Shown: positions 1 to 36,491, counted from the first letter of the stretch. The stretch: DNA of 64,000 nt from Eimeria praecox (GCA_963920595.1 OY986946.1:8928001-8992000); one strand, 5' to 3'. Notes: a model not told the origin generated them from the letters alone. Translations and numbers: made by a program.

Positions 1-48
1 TGTTGTTGCTGCTGCTTCTGTTTTTGTTGTTGCTGCTGCTGCTGCTGT

Positions 49-80
<32 letters not shown>

Positions 81-226
81 TTGCCGCTGACGATGCTTAT
101 GTTAGTCTAGAGACAGAGGGAGAGAGAGATAGAGACAGAGAGAGACAGAGAGAGACAGAGAGAGACAGATAGAGACTGGGAGACAGATAGAGAGGGGAAG
201 ACAGAGACAGACAGAGACAGAGAGAC

Positions 227-269
<43 letters not shown>

Positions 270-360
270 GACAGAGAGAGAGACAGAGAGAGACAGAGAG
301 AGACAGAGAGACAGAGTCAGAGACAGAGAGAGAGACAGAGAGAGACAGAGTGACAGAGAC

Positions 361-393
<33 letters not shown>

Positions 394-877
394 AGCTGGC
401 GTTTTGTTTCTTCTTTGTTTTCTCTGTTTGTCTTTCTGTCTCCCCTAATATTATATTATTATTATTATTATATTATTATATTATATTATTATATTATATT
501 ATTATTATTATATCTAATAATATTAAATAATATAAATAATCTCAGGTGTCTCCATATCTATTGCTGCTCTCTCTTCTATTTTCTGTCCCTCTCCTTTCTT
601 TTTATATGTTTTATTTATTTTATTTATTTTATTTATTTTATTTGTTTTATTTGTTTTATTTGTTTTATTTGTTTTATTTGTTTTATTTGTTTTATTTGTT
701 TTATTTTAATTATTTTATTTGTTTATTTGTTTGTCTCTGTCTCTGTCTTTATCTCTCTCTCTCTCTCTTTGTTTATTTATCTTCTCTGTTTCTATGTTTA
801 TTTTTATTTCTTTTAAATTTGTTTTTATATATTTTGGTTTTTTTATTATTTGTTTGTTGATTGTCTGTCCCCTTTAT

Positions 878-977
<100 letters not shown>

Positions 978-1259
978 ACGTATATATATTTTATATGTAT
1001 ATGTTTATATCTTTTTATTTTATGTTTATTATGTGTTTGTGTCTCTTTATCTTATCTTATATTGCCTGTCTCTTCTCTGTATTTGTCTGTCTCCTTCTTT
1101 GTTAGTTTCTTGTAAACAACAAATACAATACAAATACAGCTAACTAGCAGCAGCAGCAGCAACAGCAGCAACAGCAGCAACAGCAGCAGCAGCAACAGCA
1201 GCAACAGCAGCAGCAGCAACAGCAGCATCATCGTTAAACAGGTAGAGACAGTTAAGTTG

Positions 1260-1318
<59 letters not shown>

Positions 1319-1321
1319 CAG

Positions 1322-11451
<10,130 letters not shown>

Positions 11452-11575
11452 ACCCTAAACCCTAAACCCTAAACCCTAAACCCTAGGAGGAGGGGGTTAG
11501 GACAAGTTTCTGTAGAAGAGAAAAAAGAGACAGACAATTTCTTTCGTATTTTTTGTCTCCTTTAGAGACACTATA

Positions 11576-11627
<52 letters not shown>

Positions 11628-11629
11628 CA

Positions 11630-11660
<31 letters not shown>

Positions 11661-12159
11661 CTGTTGCTGCTGCTGTTGCAGCTGCAGCGGCAGGCTTGAA
11701 CGGCCGAAATGCAAGGCCAGCAGCAGCAGCAGCAACAGCAGCACCAACAGCAGCAACAGCAACAGCAGCAACAGCAGCAGCAGCAACAGCAACAGCAGCA
11801 GGTGCTGCAGACTGTGTCTGTATGTGTTTGAGTTTATCTTTTGTCTCTTCGTCTCCTCAAAGCACGAATGCAAGCAGAAGAGAAACCCTAAACCCTAAAC
11901 CCTAAACCCTAAACCCTAAACCCTAAACCCTAAACCCTAGTAGAAAGGAAGTAATAAAATGTTGGCTTTGATATTACAAAGACAAGGAGAAAAGGGAGAG
12001 TATAAGAAGAAAAGATTTGAGGTGTATATACACCTGATTTAAATAGAAGAAAGATATTTTTTGAGTGTCTAGACAGGCGCATATACACCTGAATCTAGGG
12101 TTTAGGGTTTAGGGTTTAGGGTTTAGGGTTTAGGGTTTAGGGTTTCTTATTTTTTCAAC

Positions 12160-12327
12160 TTAATTAGGATTTTCTGATAAAATAATGATAGGTTGTTTTA
12201 ATTTATTAATTTTATTTTTTATATATTTAAGTTTATCTATCTTAACACCGACAACAGTAGGAGGGAGAGTAACAACACCTGTTTCTGCTTCTTGTGTGAG
12301 CTGTACATACACCTCATGATTCTGACG

Positions 12328-12358
<31 letters not shown>

Positions 12359-12591
12359 CCTGTTGTATGAACCTCAAATACAGTGGGAGGAGTACTTTCA
12401 TTGTTTTCTTCTCTGTCTCCTTTGCTTATAAGAGACAAACTTGTATTTATTCTTCTTAAACCTGCTGCTGCTGCGGTGTATGTACAGCTGTTGGGGCCCT
12501 TATCATCTCTACACGATTTACGGTGTCTACGCAGCTCCCATAAAATAGGCGCAGCAGATGCTGCAGCAGCTGCAGCAGCAACAACATAGAC

Positions 12592-12645
<54 letters not shown>

Positions 12646-14933
12646 CAGACAACAACAAAATTTGAATAGATAGAAAAAGAGACAGAGATAAAAACAGAGA
12701 CAGTAGAAATAAAAACAAACAAATAAATAAACAAATAAATAAATAAAGATATGATATAAACATAAATAAATAAATATAAACAGGAATTAAATAAAATAAA
12801 TATAAAAAGAAATAAATATAAATAATAAATAAAAACAAAGAAAGAAGAAGAGACAGAAAAAAAATGAAAGGAGACACATTACAAAAGAAAGACAAACAAA
12901 GAGACAGAAGGAGACAGATAATAAACTAGTAATAAATAAATAAATAAATAAAATAAATAAAATAAATAAAATAAATAAAATAAATAAAATAAATAAAATA
13001 AATAAAATAAATAAAATAAATAAAATAAATAAAATAAATAAAATAAATAATATAATCAAAGTTTAAAATAAAATGAAAATAAATAAAATAAACAAAATAA
13101 ATAAATACTACAAAATAAAAATAAAATATAAAAGCAACAGAAAACAAACAAACTAACTCTAACACTAAACCCTAATACTAAACCCTAACACTAAACCCTA
13201 ATACCAAACCCTAATACTAAACCCTAACACTAAACCCTAACACTAAACCCTAGTAATAAACCCTAATCCTAAACCCTAGTAATAAACCCTAATAATAAAC
13301 CCTAACAAATCCTAATAAACCCTAGAAGAGCCCTCCTAAGCCCTCATCAGCTCCTCTAAACCCTAAACCCTAAACCCTAAACCCTAGGTTCTAAACCCTA
13401 ATAAACCGTCGAAGGGCCTCTAAACGGCTGCAAGCCCTCCTAAACCCTACCAAGCCGCAGTAAACCCTAGTAAACCCTAGTAAACCCTAGTAAACCCTAG
13501 TAAACCCTCTTAAGCCCTCACACACCCTACTAAACCCTCTTAAACCCTCGTAAACCCTCGTAAACGCTAGTAAACCCTAGTAAACCCTAGTAAACCCTCT
13601 TAAGCCCTAATACACCCTACTAAACCCTAGTAAACCCTAGTAAACCCTAGTAAACCCTCTTAAGCCCTAATACACCCTACTAAGCCCTCTTAAACCCTCG
13701 TAAACCCTCGTAAACCCTAGTAAACCCTCGTAAACCCTCATAAACCCTAGTAACCCCTAACCTGTTTTCTCAGCTTCGATTTGTTGAATAATAGTATTTA
13801 GGGTTTTGTGGGGAGGGATTATTCTAGGTTCTAGGCCTCTGTCTGCTAGACGTATGTAACGTCTCCAGCATTCTTTATTAAAGTGTCTCCTTCTTCTCTG
13901 ACGATTGTCTCTTTTACTTTGTCTACTGTCTCCTTTCATCCCTCTGTCTCTCCCTAATCTTCTCTCTTCTTCTTCTTCTTCTTCTTCTTCTTCTCTTTCT
14001 TCTTCTCTTTCTTCTTCTTCTTCTTCTTCTTCTTCTTCTTTTTTATAATTTGTAGAAAAAGTTAAGTACGGAAGTAAATAACCCCCCCGTAAACCCTCCT
14101 TCCATCTTTAACACACACACAAACCCTAGTAAACCCTAGTAAACCCTAGTAAACCCTAATAAACCCTAGTAAACCCTAGTAAACCCTAATAAACCCTCTT
14201 AAGCCCTTATACACCCTCTTAAACCCTCTTAAACCCTCTCAAACCCTAGTAAACCCTAGTAAACCCTAGTAAACCCTAGTAAGCTCTAGTAAGCCCTAGT
14301 AAACCCTAGTAAACCCTAGTTAACCCTAGTTAACCCTAGTTAACCCTAGTAAACCCTCTTAAGCCCTCATACACCCTCTTAAACCCTCTCAAACCCTAGT
14401 AAACCCTAGTAAACCCTATTCAACCCTAGTCAACCCTCTCAAACCCTAGTAAACCCTAAGAAACCCTAGTAAACCCTAATAAACCCTCTTAAACCATAGT
14501 AAACCCTACTAAACCACCATACGCCCTCATAGACCCTAACAAACCCTAATAAACCCTAAAAAACCCTAATCTTAGCAAAGCCCTCTCTCCTATACCTTTA
14601 GGGTTTAGGAGAGAAACCCTAAACCCTAAACCCTAAACCCTAAACCCTAAACCCTATGTCCTTAGGGTTTAGACCCTCGCAAAACCCTAGAAAGCCTAAA
14701 ACCCTAAAACCCTAACAAACTCAAACTAAACCCTAAACCCTAAACCCTAAACCCTAAAGAAGAATACCAAACCCTAGACAAGACAAGAAAGCCAAGAAAC
14801 TCGAACCTAAGAAACCCTAAAACCCTAAACCCTAAACCCTAAACCCTAAACCCTAAACCCTACGGGGCTTACTTCACTGCTGGGTTAGTTGTCCTTGAGC
14901 TGCAGGGGACGACGTGAGGTGTCTGCATCTTCC

Positions 14934-14966
<33 letters not shown>

Positions 14967-15061
14967 AGCTGCTGCTGCTGTAGCTGCTGCTGCTGCGACG
15001 AAGTAGTTTGTTTTTTGTTGCTGCTGTTGCTGCTGGTGTTTTATCTTGCAGGACTAGAATC

Positions 15062-15107
<46 letters not shown>

Positions 15108-15722
15108 TGGAGACAGTATAACAGGCAGCAAGTTTAATAGATTCTCTGCTGTCTCTATGTTGTGGGTCCCTACCATAGGCTAGCCACTGCTTTGGTGCTG
15201 CTGCAGCTAGCTTCTGCTGCAGCAGCAGCCGCGCCTGTCTCTCCTCTTCCTCTTCGTCTCCTCCTCCTCCTCCTCCTGCTGCTGCTGCTGCTGTTGCTGC
15301 TGTTGCTGCTGCTGCTGCTGTCTCCGCCTCTTCTTCCTGCTGCAGCCAACATCGAATATCTGCTTCAAAGACAGCATCAAACGGCTTATCTAAGAGAGAA
15401 AATATTCTATCAACAGCAGCAGCACTGTCTCCTTGTTTATCTGCTGCTGCTGCTGTTGCTGCTGCAGCAGCAGCAGCAGCAGATGTCTTGCTGCTCCCAT
15501 TCTTTTTCTGCTGCTGCTGCTGCTCCTGCTGCTGCTCCAGCTGCTGCTGCTGTTGCTGTTGCTGCTGCTGCTTCTGCTGTCTCCTTCTCTCTTGTTGTAT
15601 AGACTTATATATATTTGGCTGGAAGGTACACTCTCTGAGGGCGTTGCTTGTCTCCTCGCTGCTGCTGCTCGGGTTATACCTGCAGCAGAACTGCTTCAGA
15701 ATCTGCATAGGGTCTGTAGGTA

Positions 15723-15759
<37 letters not shown>

Positions 15760-15845
15760 TCGCTTTTGTTTAAGATAGCGAGGAGTTGTATTTATCTCAG
15801 GATGAAAACTACAGCTTCGTGTCTCCTGTATCTCCTTTAGAGACA

Positions 15846-15880
<35 letters not shown>

Positions 15881-16023
15881 CTCCATAAGAAGTTTTCTAT
15901 GACAGTATCAAATCGAGTACGCCGTCTTCCTAGTACGTGCTGCTGCTGCTGCTGCTGCTGCTGCTCGAAGCAGCAGCAAGGGTCCCCACATACATTAGCT
16001 GAGCGTGCGCGTCTACTTTGTTT

Positions 16024-16054
<31 letters not shown>

Positions 16055-16367
16055 AGCAGCTGCTGCTGCTGCTGCAGCTCGAGTTTACGAGCAAACGCCA
16101 ATACATACGGCTTCGGTATATCTGCTGCTGCTGCTCTGTCTACAGCAGCAACAGCTTTCTTACAATGTATTAAGAGACTGTCTCTAAATCTATCAATTCC
16201 CTCAAAACCGAATATATTTAATAATATATATAAAGATATATTAATAAATTTATCTTTAGGTACAAACAAATGTGGGGCTGAAGAAGCATCTGCTGTCTCC
16301 AAATCTCCGTCTAATAATATACATTGATTTGTCTCCTTTGAGATACGTCTACAATATTGTATAGCTA

Positions 16368-16400
<33 letters not shown>

Positions 16401-16485
16401 CTTCCGCAGTATCGAACACATCAACTGCCTCCTGTTTGAAACGATGTGGCTTTGAAGAAGGAGACAGTGTCTTTATCTTTACTGG

Positions 16486-16545
<60 letters not shown>

Positions 16546-16612
16546 TGCTGCTGTTGGTGCTGTGTGTGTATACACCCGAAGCTCCTTACTGTGTTCTTGT
16601 AATAAAGAGCAT

Positions 16613-16660
<48 letters not shown>

Positions 16661-16966
16661 TCTTCACTTGTTTTAGAGACAGCAGATTCTACGAATATAG
16701 GTATAACGGCTTCTAGGAAGCGTCGATCTACAAGAGACAGATCTGCAGCAACATGATATAGAGACAGTAGATCTACTATATTTGTCTTGTCTTTATCTAT
16801 TATACACCATAATTTATCGAGTTTCTGCTGCCTATACACCCGAATCATAGTCTCCGATTTACTACATAATTGAGGAGAAAAAGAATAAGAAGATATACAC
16901 ATGTGAGTGCTTCGAGAAGAGACACATGAAGCTAACTGTCTCCTACTCCGACGGATCCCTCCTTTA

Positions 16967-17004
<38 letters not shown>

Positions 17005-17397
17005 TGTTGCTGCTGCTCTTGCTGCTGCTGCTGCAGAAGAAGAAGAAGAAGAAGAAGATGATGGGAGTTGCTGCTGCTGCTGCTGCTGCTGTCTTCTGAG
17101 GGTTCTCTGCTTCGGAGGAATGCTGCTGTTTTGTTTGTCTGCTAACCGCAAACCCTCATACTCGATTCTGCTGCTGCCCTTCGTAGCAGCAGATGCTGCT
17201 GCTGCTGCTGCTGTTGCTGTTGCTGCTGCTGCAGCATCAGGGACAGGAGCAGCAGCAGAAGACGCTGCTCGATTGTGGAGAGGAGACAGAGAAGAAGAAG
17301 AAGATATTTTATCTCTATCAATAAACAAACGAGAAGGAGTTGTTATGGTAGGTGAGGCGCTAGCTGTAGGCAGAGGCCTCGAAACCACAGCCTTCAT
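12160..17397 (-). CDS. Hypothetical Q/A/S-rich protein of ~1092 aa, with two C-(T/S)-F-x-P-x-I motifs and an EF-hand-like segment
   Basis: Exons 17397-14873 (AA|GTAAGC donor just before the ORF stop), 14105-13762 (WKEGLRGGYLLPYLTF...IEAEKT) and 12569-12160, all in phase. Motifs are SCSFHPEIN, ECTFQPNI and LWCIIDKDKTNIVD. Confidence 0.75.
13165..14861. repeat. Degenerate telomere-derived arrays (AAACCCTAGT, AAACCCTCGT, AAACCCTAACACT) filling two introns
   Basis: 10-13 bp variants of AAACCCT, interrupted by the coding exon 13762-14105. Confidence 0.9.
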
Positions 17398-17726
17398 GAT
17401 GTGTATATCTACAAGAATGCGTGTAAATGTGTTTCTTTTATATATTTTATTACATAAATATAAATAAAATATAAAATATAATATAATATTTAATTAAAAA
17501 CAAGAAAAAACACAAAAAAATAACCTCAAATCAAACTACTGTCGGCTGTATCCTATACAACATTTGCGGTGTATATGCAGCTGTCTGTTCATTCTGTTTC
17601 TTCTCTATATAATTTATATTTATTAAATAACTCTTTATTATTTAAAATAAGGAATAAACAATCATGATAGACATTAATAAAATATCTAATCCTACAGATA
17701 TACACACAGGGGGCCCCCGTTACAGC

Positions 17727-17810
<84 letters not shown>

Positions 17811-17972
17811 ACCGCTGGGCTGTTGTTTGTTCCTCTCTGTATATCGATATACAATATATATTTAGGGTTTATATGGTTTTAAAATAATTAAACATATTCA
17901 AATAAACTATTTCAAAGTAAATTATATATTTATTTTTATGTATAATTAATTAAATAAATAAATCTAACAACT

Positions 17973-18020
<48 letters not shown>

Positions 18021-18357
18021 CAGCAGCAGCAGCACTAGAGGAGCAGCCGACGAGCTTCTTGTATGTCACCTTTGTTTACATTTTATAAAATAAAATAAAT
18101 ATAAAATAAATTAGATAAATAAAAATATATTTATATATATAATTTGTATTTAATAAGAGGAAGAAATTATAAAAATTGCAGCAGCAGCAGCAGCAGCAGC
18201 ACGAGCAGCAGCAACAGCAGCAGCAGCAGCTGCTGCTGCTGCCCTGCAGCAGCATCGATACTTCATTGTTTATTGCTGCAGCTTCTGCAGCAGCAAACAA
18301 TGGAAGAAGAAGAGTATATGTTTATAATATATATATAATAATTACTATATAAACATA

Positions 18358-18432
<75 letters not shown>

Positions 18433-18728
18433 GGTGGGCTCGCATATCCTCAGGTGTATAGGCAGCTATGTTCGAAATGCACTGAAAATAAAACTAACTC
18501 CAACAAAAGAAATAAAAGATGTACGACGCATGCAGCCCCAACACTCTTCGATTCACGCGTTGTCTCCCTCTGTCTCTCTCTGTCTCTGTCTCTCTCTCTC
18601 TCTGTCTCTCTCTGTCTCCCTCTGTCTCTCTCTCTCTCTGTCTCTCTCTCTCTCTGTCTCTGTCTTCCTGTCTCTCTCTCTCTCTGTCTCTCTCTCTCTC
18701 TGTCTCTGCTGACGCTCATTTGATATGG

Positions 18729-18760
<32 letters not shown>

Positions 18761-18809
18761 CTGTTGCTGCTGCTGCCGTCGTTGCTGCTGCTGTCGTTGC
18801 TGCAGCTGT

Positions 18810-18841
<32 letters not shown>

Positions 18842-18857
18842 TTGCTGCTGCCGTCGT

Positions 18858-18898
<41 letters not shown>

Positions 18899-19052
18899 CT
18901 GCTGCTGTTGTTGCTGCTGCTGCTGCAGGAAGCCGGCAGACCCCATCTGTCAGACAACAACAGCAGCAGCAGCAGCATCTGCTGCTGCTGCTGCAGCTTC
19001 CGCTGTAGCTGTTTTTGATGGTGTTTGTTGTATATGTTTTAGGGTTTAGGGT

Positions 19053-19243
19053 TTAGGGTTTAGGGTTTAGGGTTTGAAGAGGGTAAGAGAAGAAGTGCGG
19101 ATATGTTTGTTTATATTCCTCGAAGGAGAAGATGCGGGGGTTTATATTAAATGTTTCTATCATTTTAAATATATTAACATCAATATAACTATCTAATATT
19201 ATCTTAAGAATATGGCAGAGTTGCTGCTGCTGTATGTTGCTGC

Positions 19244-19300
<57 letters not shown>

Positions 19301-19494
19301 AAGGAGACAGGGCTTCTGCTCTAATTAACACTATATTCTTTGTCTCCTTAAACTCAGGAAAGAAACAAACTCGTACGGAGGGGACAGCACCACAGCCAAA
19401 CTATAAAAAAAATAAACAACAAACACAAACAGAGACAGAGACAGAGACAGAGAGATAGAGAGATAGGTACATAGATACATAGATACATAGATAC

Positions 19495-19527
<33 letters not shown>

Positions 19528-21312
19528 CAGAGAGAGAGAGAGAGATAAAGAGATAGAGAGAGATAGAGGTAGATAGACAGAGAGATTGGTAGAGAGACAG
19601 GGAGATAGATAGAGACACAGAGAGACAGATAGAGACAGAGAGACAGATAGAGACAGAGGCAGATAGGAGACAGAGACAGAAAGGAGACAGAGACAGAAAG
19701 GAGACAGAGACAGAAAGGAGACAGAGACAGAAAGGAGACAGAGACAGATAGGAGACAGAGACAGAAAGGAGACAGAGACAGAAAGGAGACAGAGACAGAA
19801 AGGAGACAGAGACAGATAGGAGACAGAGACAGAAAGGAGACAGAGACAGAAAGGAGACAGAGACAGATAGGAGACAGAGACAGATAGGAGACAGAGAGCG
19901 AAAGAAGACAGAGACAGATAGAAGACAGAGACAGATAGAAGACAGAGACAGAGAGAAGACAGAGACAGATAGGAGACAGAGACAGATAGGAGACAGAGAC
20001 AGAAAGGAGACAGAAGCCTCTCACCTTTTTATACTTTTCGAGTTGTGTAAGGAGACAAAAGTTGTGTCGAAATTCAGCAAAGAAAATCTCAAAGGCCCCG
20101 GGGCCCCTCGGCAAGGGGACTATAAAGGTAGGAGCATGTCTGCAGCTAAGGAGACAGAAGGAGACAGTAGGAGACAGAAGGAGACAGTAGGAGACAGAGG
20201 GGTTGTTTGTTGTTGAAAGGGAGACAGACAGACACCTCACAGCCCACAGGGGGGAAGAGGGGGGGGCCCTTATCAAGGAGGGCTTGCAAATACTGAGTTT
20301 ATAGATAAATGCTAACACAACATGAGAGCTTCAATCGAGGGTTTAGGGTTTAGGGTTTAGGGTTTAGTTAAGGAGTGTTCGAGGGTTTAGGGTTTAGGGT
20401 TTAGTTAACAAGAAATCGAGGGTTTAGGGTTTAGATTCCGAGCCACCGCATCCTCCTCCGTCTCCCTTTTAATATCACACACACTTCCCTGAATACAATT
20501 TAAGGTTTAGGGCTTAGGGTTTAGGGTTTAGGGTTTAGGGTTTAGGGTTTAGAGGGGATATCCCAAGGGCGTTTAGCGCAGTCGGTAGCGCGTGGGTCTC
20601 ATAATCCCAAGGTCGCGAGTTCGAGCCTCGCAATGCCCATTTTTAAAAATTAAATTAAATAATTAATTTTTTAAATATAAACTAAAGGGCCCCCTTTAAT
20701 AATTATAGGGGGCCCCTTGGGGCCCCCCTAAAAACATAAAAACAACAAGAAGACCTACTTTCTTTCTATTAAGTCATACTGGGATTTGGTTATAACAGCA
20801 GGATATCGAAGAGGATTCGAGGAGAAATATGTCTTCCATATATTTATAATTTCTTCTGTTGAGTGTATATTTAAGAGAGGCACTTTGGCAACATCTTGTA
20901 GCTTTACAGGAGCAGACAAAGTTAATAAATACCTTCTACTCTCTAATATACCTACTAACCCATTCATGGGGCCCCCCTCATAAACCCTAAACCCTAAACC
21001 CTTATTTAAAGATATCTTATATAAACTGTTTTCATAACAACAGCAACAGAAACACCGCGAATATCCTCCAAATAATCCTTTACTATCTCCTCCCCTTATA
21101 ATGGGGGGCCCCCTCAAAGAAGAAAAAAACTGGGGGCCCTTCAAATAGGGTACCTGGCCACTGAGGGGCCCCCTTGGGGGCCCCCTTAAAGGGGAAAGGA
21201 GGGTACTAGGGGGGCCCCCACGTCTTGATAGCTGCAGCAAAGGAGACAAACTCATAGATAGACAAAAGCCAGGGGGCCCCCAAGGGCCCCTGGGGCCCCT
21301 GGGGCCCCTCAT
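19053..21312 (-). CDS. ATP11: Mitochondrial F1-ATPase assembly factor ATP11 (ATPAF1)
   Basis: Exons 21312-20759, 20145-20025 and 19400-19053, in phase. Motifs KLQDVAKVPLL..EEIINIWKTYF, APTFIVPLPR..FEIFFAEF, FPEFKETKNIVLIRAE and IETFNINPRIFSF are ATP11-like. The N-terminus is R/S/G/P-rich like a presequence; the exact start is uncertain. Confidence 0.88.
20567..20639 (+). tRNA. trnM: tRNA-Met(CAT), elongator type
   Basis: Cloverleaf: acceptor GGGCGTT/AATGCCC, D stem GCGC/GCGC, anticodon arm TGGGT-CTCATAA-TCCCA, T arm GCGAG-TTCGAGC-CTCGC, discriminator A. A TTTTT Pol III terminator follows. Confidence 0.97.
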
Positions 21313-21516
21313 AGAGAATTTATTAAGGATGTTATAGATTTAAAATAAGAAGTAGAAACTACAAAAATAAAAATAAAATATTTTATGGTGTATAAGAGAA
21401 GAATGATATTGTTGTATTTCTTTCTTCTCCCCCTCAGATAAGAAGAAAAAAGAAGAAAAAAACAATTAATTAATTAATATACAAACTCCCCACAATATCA
21501 CCAGGTGTATGCTGAG

Positions 21517-21538
21517 CTTCTGTTGCATGCAACAGAAG
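21517..21538. promoter_or_regulatory. 22-bp perfect palindrome centred on TGCATGCA in the divergent ATP11/Sly1 intergenic region
   Basis: CTTCTGTTGCATGCAACAGAAG. TGCATGCA is a known apicomplexan ApiAP2-bound motif; function here is inferred. Confidence 0.45.
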
Positions 21539-22081
21539 AAAAACAAAAAAAAAAATACAACAGATACTGCGGGGGGCCCCTAGGGGCCCCCCGGGGGCCC
21601 CCTGGCTGTCGAACCCTAAGGGGCCCCCCCCCCTTCCTCTGTGTGATGATAGCAGAGTAATAACGTAAGAAATTCGAAGTTGTAAGGAAATATAAACTAG
21701 AAACCCTAAACCCTAAACCCTAAACCCTAAACCCTAAACCCTCGCTCATGCATGCACGCGAGTTCGGCTAGGGAAGTAGGAGGGGATTATGCTGTCTTTA
21801 ATTGTGTTATTTGTTTCTTTTTTCTAAATAAAAAGATATATAATAGATATAATATACCTAGAAACCCTAAACCCTAAACCCTAAACCCTAAACCCTAAAC
21901 CCTAAACCCTTGGGGGAGCTGCAACAATTTATATCTGTCGGCAGCGCGAATTCTGTTGCTCTTTAGTTTATATCTTAAATAAATAATTTTTGTTTTTTTG
22001 TTGTTGTTTATTTATAATTTATTTAATAATTTCTTCTTTCTTTTTCTTACTTCTTCTTCTCACAATCTCTCAACCTCACCC

Positions 22082-22165
22082 TCTTGTTATACCTGCCTAT
22101 ACACCTGAATCTTGTTATACCTGCCTATACACCCGAATCTTGAGGTAGCTGCCTATACACCCGAA
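22082..22165. repeat. 3 x 28-bp tandem repeat carrying CTGCCTATACACCYGA
   Basis: TCTTGTTATACCTGCCTATACACCTGAA / TCTTGTTATACCTGCCTATACACCCGAA / TCTTGAGGTAGCTGCCTATACACCCGAA. Confidence 0.9.
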
Positions 22166-22655
22166 TCTCAAATTATCTGTTTCTTCGTCTTTCTTTTTTA
22201 ATGCCTCTGTCTGTACACCCCGTTGATTGTCTCCTTAAAACACAAAACATCTTCTCTTCTTTCTAATAACTCCTACTTCTCTGTTTCTCTCTCTTGAAGA
22301 AACAAAAGAAAAAGAAGAAGGAGAGAAGGAAAAGAAGTAGAGGAAGAAGAAGAAGAAGAAGAAGAAGAAGAAGAAGAAGAAGGAGAAGAAGAAGAAGAAG
22401 AAGAAGAAGAAGAAGAAGAAGAAGAAGAAGAAGAAGAAGAAGAAGAAGAAGAAGAAAAGACACAAAATTTGTTTGTTAAGTTATTTCTCGAAGCTCTATG
22501 CGTTTATTTCTCTAACTAGAAACAAAAAGAAGAAAACAAAGAAGAAGAAAAAGAAGAAGGGGAAGACGAACAGCAGCAGCAGCAGCAGCACCAGCACCTG
22601 CAGCAGCAGCAGCAGCATCAACAGCATCAGCAGGAGCAGCACAACATTCTAATCT

Positions 22656-22688
<33 letters not shown>

Positions 22689-22843
22689 AATAAACAAACA
22701 AATAAAATAAATAAATAAATAAAATAAGTAAATAAAACAAATAAATAAATAAAATAAACAAATAAAACAAATAAATAAATAAACAAATAAATAAATAAAT
22801 AAATAAAATAAATAAATAAATAAATAAATAAAATATATCGAAT

Positions 22844-35919
<13,076 letters not shown>

Positions 35920-36363
35920 GGGGCCCCCGGGGGCCCCCCGGGGGCCCCTCTTCGAGAGCATCTAGGGGCCCCCGGGGGCCCCCCTTCGAGAGCTTCTAGG
36001 GGCCCCCGGGGGCCCCTACGTGTTCTCTGCGGTGAAGGGGGGGGGGGCCGGCTCCCCCAGTACCCTCAGGGCCCCCTTAGCTTGTCTGTGGGGCCCCACA
36101 GGGCCTCGGAGGGGGGGCCTAGGATATTATAAGGGCCCCTAGGGGATGAGGGGGCCCCCCAAGGGGCCCCTCTACCTGGTGGGGGCCCCACAGGGGGTGC
36201 TACCCCTATCCCATGCATGCGCCTTTGGGTCTGCAGTGTCTGTAAAGAAGGGGGCCCCCTGTGGGGGCCCTAAGAGGGGCCCCCAGAGGGGCCTCTTGAA
36301 TGCTGGGCTTCCTCAGCTAACCTGTAAGGACACTTTCGTTTGTTGCACTGCTTGGGTTGCTGC

Positions 36364-36407
<44 letters not shown>

Positions 36408-36491
36408 CTGTTTATTCTGAGGTAGCGTTGCTGCTGCAGCAAAATCTGCCATAGACAGCGCTGCCCACAGATCTCTAAGCCCTCAGAATAA

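Noticed and set aside
14869..17397. Single-exon 842-aa gene as given by the ORF track
   Set aside because: The stop overlaps a GTAAGC donor and two further in-phase exons follow.
20567..20639. Initiator tRNA-Met
   Set aside because: It has G1:C72 and a TTCG T-loop, not the eukaryotic initiator's A1:U72 and A54.
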